Source: Ramazzottius varieornatus (Eukaryota > Animalia > Tardigrada). Taken from it: a DNA stretch of 64,000 nucleotides. The position numbers and the translations under genes are program-made. Of this stretch, positions 39,799-53,102 are shown in pieces. The number at the start of each line of letters is the position of its first letter. The stretch's first letter is position 1. Location: assembly GCA_001949185.1 (NCBI GenBank), contig BDGG01000005.1, positions 930,001 through 994,000 on the forward strand, written 5' to 3'. The notes beneath the pieces are model-generated. The model did not search any database. It was not told the origin of the DNA and saw only the letters and a list, made by a program, of their open reading frames with translations.

Positions 39799-40298
39799 AA
39801 ATCTGATACGAGTTTTCGGCCGAAAGTTTGCGCCGTTCGTAGTCTTCGCTACAAATAATTCTGCTGTTATAATGCTCTCCATTTCAGAGTTCAGAATATT
39901 CGCTGGATACGGGCATACTGCTTTGGTGAATGGTTGTTTCTTTAGCTCCAATTCTGCAGAAGGTCACTACTGTATACTGTGATTGTGAATAAGTCGCAAA
40001 GTATTTCTTTCTTTCGCGAGTGGTATGTTTTACAACTATCAAATGACAGTCCACAACGTAATTTGATTGGAAGCAGTTTCTAAAAAGAGATACACATCAA
40101 AAGTATGAAACAAATTTCCGATACATTCGAAACAACCCAAGCACACGCGCGACAACGCCCAAAAACCATAGTACCGTTCAAGGTGAAGCCTTCTGGTTCG
40201 AATATTTCTTCTGCACCAGAAAGAAGGTCCAACAGGCGATACGAAACAACACGCTCGAACATTTGGCAGCACAGAAATTCATAAAGCGAGTTCAGAGA

Positions 40299-41275
40299 TT
40301 ATGAAGAACTTCTGGACGTAGCCTGCCGTTTCTCGTCCTGAGCTTGCTTCTCTGCTTTCTCAATGGCGGAAAAGGGGTCTCCACCACCTCCTTCCTCATC
40401 CATATCGTCATCGTCCTCATCATCGTCTTTATCATCTCGAGGGTAAAGGCTTGGATAGTTCGCCATGCACATTGTCATGTCGCGAAAATAGTCAATGCAG
40501 TCGCTGCCTTTGGGATCGGCAAGACTGTAATGGAAGCACGAAAATGCCTGTCTGAAAGGGATGGCACAAGGGCCATATGACAAATTTCCCAGACAGGGAC
40601 ATCCCCAGTTTATTTCACCGTTAGGTAAAATGACTCCTGCGGAAGAAAAGAAACAAATTCAGAAAACGTTCTGGAAATTCGAGCGCTCGAACCTGCTCTA
40701 TGGTACGATACAAAAATTAAATTTAGCATCTACATGGCTCTGATTCAAGCTACGCCTGATGTCCCAAATGCATCATATAAGCTAGTATCAGCCAAGGCGA
40801 ATTACACCAGATTCGTGACGTCTCTGCACAAGGTCGGCATAATCACTTTGATACCTCTGGGTCTCTCTTCCTCGTCCAGCGACTCAATGAACGATTCGGG
40901 CAGGTTCACGGCTGGTTTGTCCCAGTCTTCTTTGGTCAAGAATATAACTTTATCCTTCCCTAGAAAGGAACAAGACTGGATGAGACCTAAGTGTACATGC
41001 GAATGACTTCGTGGCCGGCTAGCAAGAGAGAAATAGAGCTGGCGCTTTGCGCCACTGTCTAAAGAAGTTTTACCGTAGCTCCTGCAATACGATGCGTCCT
41101 GATCTGTACGGGAAATATCCACTTCGGTGTCCGTATCTGTCAAAGATTTTGGAAGCTGGAGCGCCTCCACTTGCTTGATCAGCGGATTACTGGTCGATGA
41201 GGGTGGGCTGACTTGCGGGTTTCCTTCGGTTGTTCTGCTTTGCTTTTCGCGATCCGATGAGACAGTGGATCCCAT
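40299..41275 (-). CDS. CHCHD4: Mitochondrial IMS import protein MIA40 (3 exons)
   Basis: [30 protein letters not shown], twin CX9C and an acidic tail. Confidence 0.93.
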
Positions 41276-41676
41276 TGTAGAGCCCCCCGATGTGTGCACA
41301 GAAGATGACCACTCGAGTCCAATACCTGGATCAGCAGAGTCCCAAGAACAGAGGCATAAACCATAAAGCAATGCATAAAGCGTCACTCGCCAACAAAAGA
41401 TTTTCATTTTTTTTGTTCGAATTTCCCCAACTAAAAAGCAATCACGAGTTTGCGATCTAACATGCAAAACGGATCTATCGTTTGATTGTTGATCGGCAAT
41501 AGTTCGATTCGCTTTCGGCTGGCGGAAACGTTCTAGCACGGTAGCACCTGTTCCGATTCCGAAAACTGTTCCACACTTTCAGCGTTCCTGTTAGATCTGT
41601 GGTGCTGTGAATGTTCGTCCACTTGGACGGCTCTTGAATCCTATCGCAGAGGTCACCGTCGAGGACAGAAGACACC

Positions 41677-42976
41677 ATGTTCCACTCCAGCACGCAACGC
41701 AAGTACTGGACGTTTGCGAATCAAGATGAGTTGGACTCCCATCGCAGAGCTTCGCATCATCGCTTCATCCAAGAACGACTTCGTCAGAAAGACTGTGCAG
41801 CTGCTCAAAGGTTGACCAGTGATCTGGACGCTCCGTACACGGATGAAATGTGGGATGATTTAGACCACGATGTAGTAGAAGAGTCATTTCTGACATTACG
41901 AGAAGAGTTCGAGATGCGTCGCTTCTTCCAGACGATGCTCCGAGAATTCTGCGCGAAATTCAAACCGGAAATGCCCAAGTCGACCATCGCTACAGGCTTT
42001 GCATTCTTCCAACGATGTTACCTTAACGAATCCGTGATGCGATTCCATCCCAAGAACATGATGATCACCTGCATGTGGATTGCTGTGAAGGTTTGTTAGC
42101 ATCAAGCTTGTAATATCGTTTTTCCCAAGTGGCGCACGTTTCCATTGTTATTGGCGCCACTTCGGAGAACAATCCCGTCAAATTCGTTCACCCAGCTCTC
42201 GTTTCCTTTCTGGTCTACGTACTGAACAACTTCCGTTTCAGGTTGATGAATTCCACGTGTCGATGGAACAGTTCATCTCGCATCTACGAGGTGACCGGCA
42301 GAAAGCGATGGATATCATTCTCTATAACGAGCCCTATGTGATGCAGAAGCTTCATTTCCACCTGATGGTCCACCTTCCTTATCGATCGTACGAGGGTTTC
42401 TTCATCGATATTCGCGCACGATACCGCGATCGTCTCAAACAATCTCCAGAGAAACTTCGACCGATCATCGACAAATTCCTCGACCAGTCCATGTTCTCCG
42501 ATGCTCTTTTGCTGTACTCGCCTTCTCAGATAGCACTGGCGGCAATCTTCCACGCAGCCGAAGAACTCAAAGAAGATCTCACCGGTACGAAAATTAAGTC
42601 AACGTCGAATAATCTAGCTGCCTCCTGTTTGCATGCATTACTTTTTGTTACAGGTTACATCGAGAATGTGCTGGTCCAGCATCCGATAACGAAGCCGTTT
42701 TCGGAAGCTGACGATAGTGAAGCACGAGCAGAGGAAGTAATGGACCAAGACGAGGCTGAGCACGGAGCTCAGAACAGCATCCACCTTCTGGCCGTCATCG
42801 ACGAGATTCGGCATCATGTGAGTGAATCTGCGAAGCAAGTCGTCTCCAAAGACCAGATCAAAAAACTGGAAGTCAAGCTGGAGTCATGCAAAGACCCTGC
42901 TTTCAACCCGGAAACGGAAGAATATCAGCGCCGTTTAGTTTCTCTGTTTCAAATGGAAGTGGATGAAAAGTTTTAA
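41677..42976 (+). CDS. CCNH: Cyclin H
   Basis: MFHSSTQRKYWTF, FFQRCYLNESVMRFHPK, KVDEFHVS, LHFHLMVHLPYR and LLYSPSQIALAAI. Confidence 0.95.
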
Positions 42977-43251
42977 TGAGAACGACTGACGGAAGCATTG
43001 AAACCTTTCCTTACATTCGAGCTTTCGAGTTGCAGAAGCACTAAAGCAACGTCAGATCTGATTTATTTTTGAACGATTCGACAAGAGAAAAACTTGTGCA
43101 GTACTGTAGTACAAATTCCACATCTAGGATCCTCGAAATTTGAAACCCAAAGACTAGACAGTAAAAGCTCGAACGTGATCTAACAAACAAAAGATGTACA
43201 CAGAGCATGGACATGATCGGTCACGTGTGCTTCTGGGAGAGGTTTTTGACA

Positions 43252-43506
43252 CTACGCCCAAAGCCTGCGCCTCTCGCTTGGGCCAGTGAATTCCATGCGA
43301 CGCTGCGTACTGGAGGAAAGCTTGTTCGGTTCTTGCTTTGTGTCGTTGCTGCTGGTTCCCTGGATCTTCAGGTCGACATCGGCATCCATGAGCAGGTATT
43401 TTATACATTGGCAGTGATGATGGCGGTCGATCGCCAAAGGCCAGGGGGAAATTTCCATGCTGACTGCTGAGCACAAATGGGATCGCTGGCTTTGTTCATC
43501 ACTCAT
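43252..43506 (-). pseudogene. Possible degenerate ankyrin-repeat fragment
   Basis: HGNFPL in one frame continues as LAIDRHHHCQCIKYLLMDADVDLK in another. This resembles one ankyrin repeat broken by a frameshift. Confidence 0.25.
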
Positions 43507-44114
43507 CTAAAAACAAACGAAATCCGGTTGTAATTTTCTGTCGATCACAAGCGGTTAATACTGACCATTGTCCTAAGGCTAAGCGATTTCGCAAGGACGT
43601 CACGTACTGCTACTTTGATTTTTGATTTATTTACCGCTTTGCAAAACCAGAGGCAAAACGATGCCAAAATCACTCAACCACGTACTTTCGTGCGGTTAGA
43701 AGATCTTCTCTGTTCAAGTTGAATCCGTTCTCATCTTTTTACTTTCCTATACGCTCTTTTCTGGTTATGAGATCGCGTATCCAGTACGACTGAAGCTGAT
43801 GCAAACCTGTTCGTTGCAGGACTGTAGTATTGGACAGGAGACGAAGCTTTAGATCATCTTTTCAAAACAGCTGCAGAAGCAGCAGAAGGCACCTCTACGA
43901 TAAGTTTGGCGGCAAAAGTTGGTTGTGGCCTATTTGTAGGTAAGCTAAAAGTTGATAAGGTAGAATTGCAAGCTCAGTCTTACCCGTGTCACAGCGCTGT
44001 GCTCTTAGATCCCTTTGGAGGAACAGCGAATCGTGGGTTCGAAGCGGAAGGAAATGGAAACTGCACAAGCGTCTGATTACAGCAGCACTCCGCAGTTGTT
44101 TACTGCAAGTCCGG

Positions 44115-45915
44115 ATGTCCGAAGGAAGGTTCTACTTGTTCCCGGTTTGTGGCTTTCTCCGTTACTACATAGAAGACTCTTCTAGTGCATGCTAGTATCC
44201 GTTGAGCAGAACTCGTATGGCTCGGCTGAAGTTTGTTGCGCGTTGTCCCTCTTACTCGCGCTAACTACTGTGTATAATTTGCTTGTCAGATTCCTTCGCG
44301 AATGCACCTCTTACGGAGAGCAGCTCGATCTCCGCGGCATGTCCGGATAATCTCCTGATGATCTCCAGCTTTTGGCATCCAAATACCGGCAAGGAAATTC
44401 GATTAACGAACAGTGCAAATCAGTTAACCCATTTTGTACTTTGGGTATGCTGCTGCTATAAGTCTTACGAGAAAATTTTTTGATCAATCTTTTCATGCAG
44501 GGGACTTGTGTTTGTGGGCTTTCAACACGGCCACCGGTGATGCCTTCCAGTTCAGCACATGCAGCAGCGAAAAGTGCCGATCGTGGTTTGTCGGGAACTA
44601 CGTCATGGAAGACGGCACGCTCACATATCTGGTCCCCGTCGACCCTCTCTTCCTCGTGATACCGTTTTTGCTCACTGCCAAGAAGGTTTGTTCACCCAAG
44701 TTCCTGATCACATTTTTTTGCTGTCCGCTTTTGATCAGGTTTTTCTCTGCAGAAAAGAATGTTCCAGCCAGTGAGCCAGATTTTAGTGGAAAGCGACAAT
44801 TCTACTGGCTCGACTTCCGGTTCGAGCTGCCTGTCCACGCTCGCCAAGCGTGCTGACTTGTTCCTTCGTGACCTGGATCTGATCTGTACAGTAAAAGGTG
44901 GGTGAGCTGCTGTACGGAGTAACATGGACTGTCAATGGAGTGTCTCGATGTTAATTTATATTCTTGCAGATATACTGGGGAAAAAGGTCGTCAAACTAAG
45001 CAAAACGAAGCTAGCCGCCTGGGTAAAAGTCAAGGTATCTACCGCTCTGTGTTTGATTCTTCGCGTTTTTCTTGTGCTCTGGTAACCCAGGAGAGCCTGT
45101 GACACCGTACCAGCATTAAAAGCGCTTGAACAAACCTCCGCTATGCGTTTGCAGGTTCGTTTTCTTGCGGATGTCTTACAGAAAGAGCGCGTGAACGTGG
45201 GGTCGCGCGTCGCTGTAGCAGGTTTTATTCGCAAAGAAGAAGACTATACCCAAGGTACCAAAACGCAGAGCAGCTGTTCTCTTTCATGTCTTAACTTGTA
45301 AAGCTCTCTTCATTTTGTTTCAGCTCAGTTCGAAAAGTTTGCGTTTGGGATACTATGCAACTACCTACCGGAAGTCCTCCACAATGAACTTTCGGTGGCG
45401 CTTGGGTAAGTCACCTAAGCGAGTTCAGTCGGTCCTTACGTGCGTAACAGGGCAGCGACATGGTCTGAGTACCCTGATCACTTTATTGCATTTGAGCAGG
45501 CTAAAGGAAGTTGTGGAGACGAAGAAGCAAGACAATTCTTCAGAACAACCTAGCAAAGTAAGTTTACCAGTCTACTGGAATAAGAACTGCGCGAAGAACA
45601 TTTTGCATAGATGTAGGAAACTGACCCGTGATGATATTGTAGAAATCGAAGAACGGCCAAGAAGCCGACGCTTCGTCCGAAGACTACAGCAAAGTGTTCC
45701 AGAGGACCAATAGTGCTGCTACAGAGGTAATTCTCCATTCGTCCTTCCCTTTCTGATTTTATAATGATTTAATGGAAACCGTGCAAAGTGAACTGGGGAA
45801 TCTGGTTTAGAAGAAACTGACGGCTGCTCAGAAAAGACTGCAAAAAGTGGACAAGACCGGTATGAAGAACATCTCCAGCTACTTCACCCGCAGCACCAGC
45901 GTTCCAGAAAAATAG
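44115..45915 (+). CDS. RNASEH2B: Ribonuclease H2 subunit B
   Basis: HPNTG, RSWFVGNYVMEDG..PVDPLFLVIP, KLAAWVKVK and a C-terminal PIP-box KTGMKNISSYF. Confidence 0.88.
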
Positions 45916-46038
45916 CAGTAATCACTTAAAGAGTAAAAAACATCGACGGCGTTTTGCTATCACATTAGATCAGATTTGAAACCCATCGCACTACGAGTTT
46001 ACGGTCGGATTTTCTTGGAAGGCATGTTAAACTTTCTT

Positions 46039-47581
46039 TTACTCGTCTGGTCCGAATGTGATCTGACCAGCTCCCCCCTTCTTCATCCATCTCCTGTATG
46101 CCTTGTACTTCCCGTTCTGAGCCAGTTCAGCCTTAGTCTTCTCGTCTTTCTCCTTTTTCCACTTCTAAAAATGAGCGAACGAACACTTCAAAATCATTTC
46201 AGAAATTAAGATTGACGAAACAAAAGTGGAAAGAGAATTTGGAAGATCGGCGAAAGAACTCTATAAGATTGTTTCACCATGTGGCGCACGCTTCGGTGTT
46301 ACTGGCTGGCAGCGTTCACCACTTGGACAATCGATCTTGGCGAGTTCGTCAGTCGAGCTCCCGTAATACCTTGAAATTATCGTCCTTCCAAAGTTCCTTC
46401 TGGACCGTTTCGTCTCTTTCCTTCTCGGGCATCGCTTCCCATTGCGTTTGCGAGTATTTCAAATTCTTCCTTATCAAATATAACTTATCATCTTCCTCGT
46501 AGTCGAGCTTCTGGTACTTATATCTATATATCCATCGAACGTAAAACCCGATAAACTTATAAATACTGTAAGGCAGCAAAACGATCTGGACCCAAAGAAT
46601 ATCTTTATAGGTCGGCTTCCCATAACCACCTTTGATGTCCATCTTGCTTTCCAGAATGACTCTCACAGCAGCGTCTTCTTCCTCCTTGATCTCTTCCCTC
46701 GTCTTGCCACGTTGTTTCTTCTTGTCGAACGTCCATGTTCCTTCATCCATGGCGCTTTGGATGGCTCGACTTCTGTACTTTGGGTCTCTCGCCAGGTACT
46801 TGATGGCGTCGTTGTAGCGGGACCACAGGACGTAGTACTGAATGCCGGATATCACGGTGATGGAAGCGAGAACGATAACGCGGATGTCAACTTTGGGCGC
46901 CACTCGTCGACGGTAGTATCGGTAGTAGATCTGGTAATACTCGTCAGGATTGTCCAACATGTAGTTGTAGTCTGCTCGAGCGTCGTCATCGCGAAGAGTT
47001 TCGTAGGCTGTGGCGATGAGACGGAACCTGACTTCCGCGTCGTCTTTATCCTCCTACAGGAGCAATAAAATCAACCAAATCAAAATTGACGTTCCTGGGT
47101 CAGTTTGTACTCTGCAATGCTGCGTCGTTCCGTGTTTTCAGTAATTCGCTGAGAAAATCATCCGTCCACCGCTATCACCAGCCGTTTCGAGGATCAAGCC
47201 ATGTGGCTTATGACGTCACGACACCAAGTGGCACGAATATCGTACTTACGCGAGTTTTAAATCTGTCGGGATGGTTCTTCCTTGCCAGACTTCGGTAAGC
47301 TTTGCCAATTTCTTCCTTGGTAGATTCTCGATTGACTTCCAGAACTGCAGATATGAGACTGAAGGTTAAAGTTACACCACGAGCACACAAAATGCAAATC
47401 TAACTGAAAGTCAGTTAACCTCCCTTCTAAGGGGGAGTGACTGTCATTGAGTGATAATAATGCACTTACTATCGTAGCAGTTTTCCTTGCCGCAGTACAA
47501 GGTATCGATGAAACCGGAAACGGATGCAAAACAGTAGGCAAGAGCCAGACAAATGCACAGATGTCGGCAACTTCGTAGCAT
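46039..47581 (-). CDS. DNAJC25: DnaJ homolog subfamily C member 25
   Basis: Signal peptide, LYCGKENCYDVL, J-domain HPD, MLDNPDEYY..RRRVAPKVD and YKAYRRWMKKGGAG. Confidence 0.95.
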
Positions 47582-48581
47582 CGTGAGTTGGCTTTGTACA
47601 AGATTCCCATGCAACCCTATGGCAGCGCGCAGAAGTCCCTTCCGAGAATCGGTCCAGCCGTTCTGACAAGGGGGTTCTCGCCAACTTGCGGAGCACACTG
47701 AGCGACGATGTTCGAAGAGGAAGAATGTCACAAACAGAACTGGAAATCGGAACTTCTCGAGTCCGAAGTCCAAACTCCGAATGGAAGAAATCAACGCGGA
47801 TTCAATCAAGTGCTCAAACTCTACAGTTCGCTGTGACCTCATAGCTCGACGTCATCTGACATACGAGGGAAGTTCCAGGCTGCCTGAATTGCGCGACTAC
47901 GCTTAGATCTCCAGCAGAGGTTTTGCGAGAGCTTCGCCCAAAAGGCTGGCCTTCCAGCGGAGCTTTAAAATAAATCATGGACCGCTTGAGTCATCGTGGA
48001 AAGCTGTTCAGGCCTTCTAAAGCCCTTAAGTTGGGGAAACTATGGCAAGCCTGAGCCTATGGCGGAAAGATCGAAGCATGGGAACCAAGGTTCATTCACA
48101 TCTGACGTAAAAGCGTCTTTCAGTCAAATAATCAACTCCAGTACACGGTGGACTCCGTTCAGACCGGTTACCACGCCCATCGACCAATAGACAGAAAGGA
48201 CGGGCCAATAAACCACCTGCGATTGGGCGCTCAACCTATCGATGCCATTGGCTAGTATCGGTGGTCAAACAACGCAAAACCAATGGCCGGCCCCTAGTGC
48301 TCAACCTAGAAAGACCAATGGTCAACCACTAGTGATCAACCAACCTACCCACCCACCCTGGCGATTGTACCATTGTATGATCCTCTACCTTCCTATCTAG
48401 TTACCTAATTGCGTGGCTGCCGATCGCACAGCAGGCAGCACGAGTTACGTCGTACCATTGTCCGACCGACAGGGTCCTGAGAGTAATCAAATTTTTCGTT
48501 AATCAACTAGCTGTTTTCGCCAGTTGATTCGTAAGAATTGATTGATCAGACAAAGCCATGACTCAGCAAAAACTCTATATC

Positions 48582-49108
48582 GCTGGGCGGAATATCATAA
48601 ATAAAATATCGTATCGCGGTATATCGATATGTCAGGAATATATTGATAAATCGCAAACCCGCACTTGAGAATCGGAACTTCGGAAGTCGATACTCCGGTT
48701 CGGTACAGCGCAGGCGGCGCAACCTCGCCCGAAATGTATCGCGCACATGCATCCGAGCTGACTTCGAAGAAAAGAAAAGTCAGCGTACCTAGGTGCGTAA
48801 CGACAGACCTTGATAGACTGAGCAACGAACACACTCGCTTACACGAAGACATCTGACTTCTGCTATGACTGGGACGTACTGAACGACAGCCCTTGGTTTC
48901 TCTTTTTTGATTTCGATAGTTTTAAACATGGTACTGGCATGATATATCGATATATCACTGCAATAAAGTTCGATATATCAGCAATAAAATACCAGAAACG
49001 TATCATATCGAAATATCGATACGTGGTTGATATCTAAAACGAAATATAGATACTGAAAGATATTCATCAGAAAATATCATATCGTATTTTATCGTATTTA
49101 TCCCAGCA
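48582..49108. mobile_element. Non-autonomous hAT-like element with CGATAT/ATATCG subterminal repeats
   Basis: Termini gctgggcggaata and tatttatcccagc, with dense atatcg/cgatat motifs near both ends. Confidence 0.5.
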
Positions 49109-49112
49109 CTCG

Positions 49113-50014
49113 CCATGGCACATGACCTACAGTGGGCAGGTTGCGGCCCTATGCGCTCAGTTCGACACGTCACGATCAGCTGATCGGTGAACCAATACAG
49201 TATGTAGCCATAGGCTCCCAGGATTGAATTTAATTTATGCAGAAGAGGTAAGCTGGATATACGTCATCAGTTTTTCGACCAATGGGAAGAAAGAAATGGA
49301 GAGAGTTCTTTGGCAAGAACTCTCGAGATTTGTCGCGCATTGCCATTCTCATTCTTTCGCAAGTCCTTGCGCTCCCATCCAAGATAGAACAGTTCGAGAA
49401 TACTTTTGTGTTCTACAAGGACGACGTCACTTCCAAAACATTTGGAAAGTTTGTAAGTCAGTTGCGTCTACTCACTCATGGACATCGCTGAAGCGCTCCG
49501 TGTACAAGTTGCTAATAAAATACTTCTGTGTTTCGCTTGCAGTCTTAGGGACACGCGTTCCCTTCACCTGAAAAAGATTAAGAAATAACGATTGTCAATA
49601 ATGGGAATAATACACAAAATGACGCGAACCTTCTCAGCAATCCACTGGTTTTGCCATTGCTGCAACTGACTTACAAACTTTCCAAATGTTTTGGAAGTGA
49701 CGTCGTCCTTGTAGAACACAAAAGTATTCTCGAACTGTTCTATCTTGGATGGGAGCGCAAGGACTTGCGAAAGAATGAGAATGGCAATGCGCGACAAATC
49801 TCGAGAGTTCTTGCCAAAGAACTCTCTCCATTTCTTTCTTCCCATTGGTCGAAAAACTGATGACGTATATCCAGCTTACCTCTTCTGCACAAATTAAATT
49901 CAATCCTGGGAGCCTATGGCTACATACTGTATTGGTTCACCGATCAGCTGACCGTGACGTGTCGAACTGAGCGCGTGAGACCGCAACCTGCCCACTGTAG
50001 CTCATGTGCCATGG
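49113..50014. repeat. Long inverted repeat (arms 49113-49465 and 49662-50014, 196-bp spacer)
   Basis: The arms are near-identical reverse complements, and the ORF track shows the same peptides on both strands (MGRKKWREFFGK...). Confidence 0.95.
49471..49885 (-). pseudogene. hAT transposase remnant (THAP12/Tip100-like C-terminal region)
   Basis: Spliced FYKDDVTSKTFGKFVSQLQQWQNQWIAEK|VKGTRVPKTASETQKYFISNLY resembles the FYKDDL..ELxxW..W..P.T..EAL region preceding the hAT dimerisation domain. An in-frame stop lies upstream. Confidence 0.5.
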
Positions 50015-50257
50015 TGTATAGGTCAGGAAACCTCTGATCTTGAGCGAGTTTTGATCGCATTTTCAGTCCTTCGCAGTCCTGATTTCTAAACAACTCGACA
50101 TGGCCCAGGCTAAGAAAACACAGAACTACCGTCTCACCAGAAAACCAAATCTGTCCACTGTGCAGTATACGTATGAAACGGTGAAAAAATACGAGCAAAT
50201 GTAACATAACGGAAGACACTAGCGAACGGTTGTCACGTAATCATTTTGCGAACGTTT

Positions 50258-51910
50258 TTATTGGGTCGCTCCATTGTTATCATGCATGCTCAAAATGTCG
50301 TCCGTTATTGACTCCGCTTCCCGTTTCAGCAAAGCGTTCAGATTTACCGGCTGCTGCTCTCGCCGGACAGGCACATGATCCGTTCTTCTGGTCGACAGTG
50401 GCACCAGCGGTAACACTGGGCTTCTCGGCCGTGAGTACGTCGGTCTGAACATCTCTACGGCGCTTTCCGTGTTGTCCGGCATAGGCCGTAAGAAGTTGCG
50501 AGCCATTCGTTTGCCTTGTCGCATTCTGATCGAGTACTCACTGAAGAAGTTGTTCTGCTCCGCGTAAAGGTCGAACACCGAAGAAGCATCGGGCTCACTA
50601 GGTGGCTTAACCGAAGGACCTTCCTCGTTGGCATGCGGTGCTGTGTTCGTTGCGTCATGGAAAGGTAGCTCATTCTCACTGTCGGTGTCGTTGTTCGAGA
50701 TATTTGGTCGACTATTCCGCGGGGAAGGACCAGGCTCTTCCTGATGGAAAGGGTTGAAGTCAGCGTCGGCTTTACGGAGAGCCGAAAGGTCTCGAAGACC
50801 AAGTTCGTCAGCCAAAGCAGCTTCCGCGATCTCTTCTTCATCTTCCCGCGACAACTGAGGGCTGATGAAAAGAGGAGGCAGTTCGGAAGGGACAGCTTTG
50901 AGTGAGGCAGGAGAGGCGCTGGGCGTGGACGGTATAATGGAGCTGATGGTTGATATGCAGTTGAACACTTTGTGTTTGAGGAAGGATGAGACGCTCTTGA
51001 CGACGCCTAGCATGTTGGTGGAGCTCTCAGCGGAAGTCTTGCTGTATCGCCGTACGTCAATGTGGCTTGTTTTAAGTAATGAGCGGCTTGGGCCGGACTT
51101 CCAGAGGTTGAATAGCCATTGCTCCACTTGGTCGGAATAGCCTTTCGACCGCAGTAGATCCACATAGTTGGGGAAGACTGTACTGAGCTCTTCGTGAGCT
51201 TCGTTCCTGTTTGCTGCAACAAGAAAACTGACCACACTTCTAACAACGCCCCGATCAACTCGCATACTTTCTCGTCGATTATTTATTACAAGTCGATTCA
51301 AAGAAAGCCAGAGCGCAATATTTCGTTGATATTCAAAGGAAGACTCCGCGAAGTAACAGAGAAATATGGAGACGTGAGTGACGAAACCGTTGAAACTTTT
51401 AATACAGGACATCCTAGGGACAGTACATTTACCGGAGCACTGAAGTCCATTCTCTCCACCGAACCTTCTCCGCAAACTGTGTGGTTGCTTCTCGCGACTT
51501 TCAGGCGGATCATTCGAGCCTACTATATTTGATAGTTTATTGACAGCGTCTGGTCCGGAAACGATCACGCCCTCCAGCGGACCAGCTAATAGAGATTCCA
51601 AAGTGGCGGAATGCTCTGGGACGTTCAAGGCGGTGTTCTTTCCGTGAGCTCGAATCAATGCGAAGCGAACTGCTTCCTTTCGGTCGAAAGATTTCTTCTC
51701 GGTAGCAACAATATGCAGATTAGAAGATTCAATACTTTCTATAATTTCCTCTCGATTCGACAGGCAACTATGTTTGATGAGCAAAAGAGAAAACTCGTAC
51801 ATGCCAAGGGAGTCAATATCGAGTTGGAAGATACGCTTGTATCTAGCAACAACTTTGGGATCAACGCCTAAAACATCGAGATTCGGAGTTATAGCATGGC
51901 TGATGTTCAT
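50258..51910 (-). CDS. NDP-kinase-like (NME5/7-type) domain lacking the catalytic His, with a long disordered tail
   Basis: SLLLIKHS..EIIESIE..DRKEAVRF..AGPLEGVIVSGPDAV..IVGSNDP..PHSLRRRFG..NGLQCS. Confidence 0.7.
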   Translation of the reverse strand: MNISHAITPNLDVLGVDPKVVARYKRIFQLDIDSLGMYEFSLLLIKHSCLSNREEIIESIESSNLHIVATEKKSFDRKEAVRFALIRAHGKNTALNVPEHSATLESLLAGPLEGVIVSGPDAVNKLSNIVGSNDPPESREKQPHSLRRRFGGENGLQCSGKCTVPRMSCIKSFNGFVTHVSIFLCYFAESSFEYQRNIALWLSLNRLVINNRRESMRVDRGVVRSVVSFLVAANRNEAHEELSTVFPNYVDLLRSKGYSDQVEQWLFNLWKSGPSRSLLKTSHIDVRRYSKTSAESSTNMLGVVKSVSSFLKHKVFNCISTISSIIPSTPSASPASLKAVPSELPPLFISPQLSREDEEEIAEAALADELGLRDLSALRKADADFNPFHQEEPGPSPRNSRPNISNNDTDSENELPFHDATNTAPHANEEGPSVKPPSEPDASSVFDLYAEQNNFFSEYSIRMRQGKRMARNFLRPMPDNTESAVEMFRPTYSRPRSPVLPLVPLSTRRTDHVPVRREQQPVNLNALLKREAESITDDILSMHDNNGATQ

Positions 51911-52208
51911 GACAAGACTTCCTCATCGCTAACTAAACACATACAACTTGAAAACCAAGATTTATTGATTTTTCAATTTTGTTTAGATTCTACCGTTATA
52001 TACTCAGCTACGCGATACGCCAATCGCCACGAGCTTTAGAACAGCGAGGCGAAGTCGTCTAGGAGACATGCAAATTCGTTTCTTTGCATCAACTTGACGT
52101 GAGACTTGATCACCACAGGTTCTTTTAATATGCGGAAAGAAACTTAGAGCAAACGAGCTATAAAACTTCGATAAGTTAGTACCTTGAAAATCACTTACAT
52201 GAAGGACC

Positions 52209-53102
<894 letters not shown>

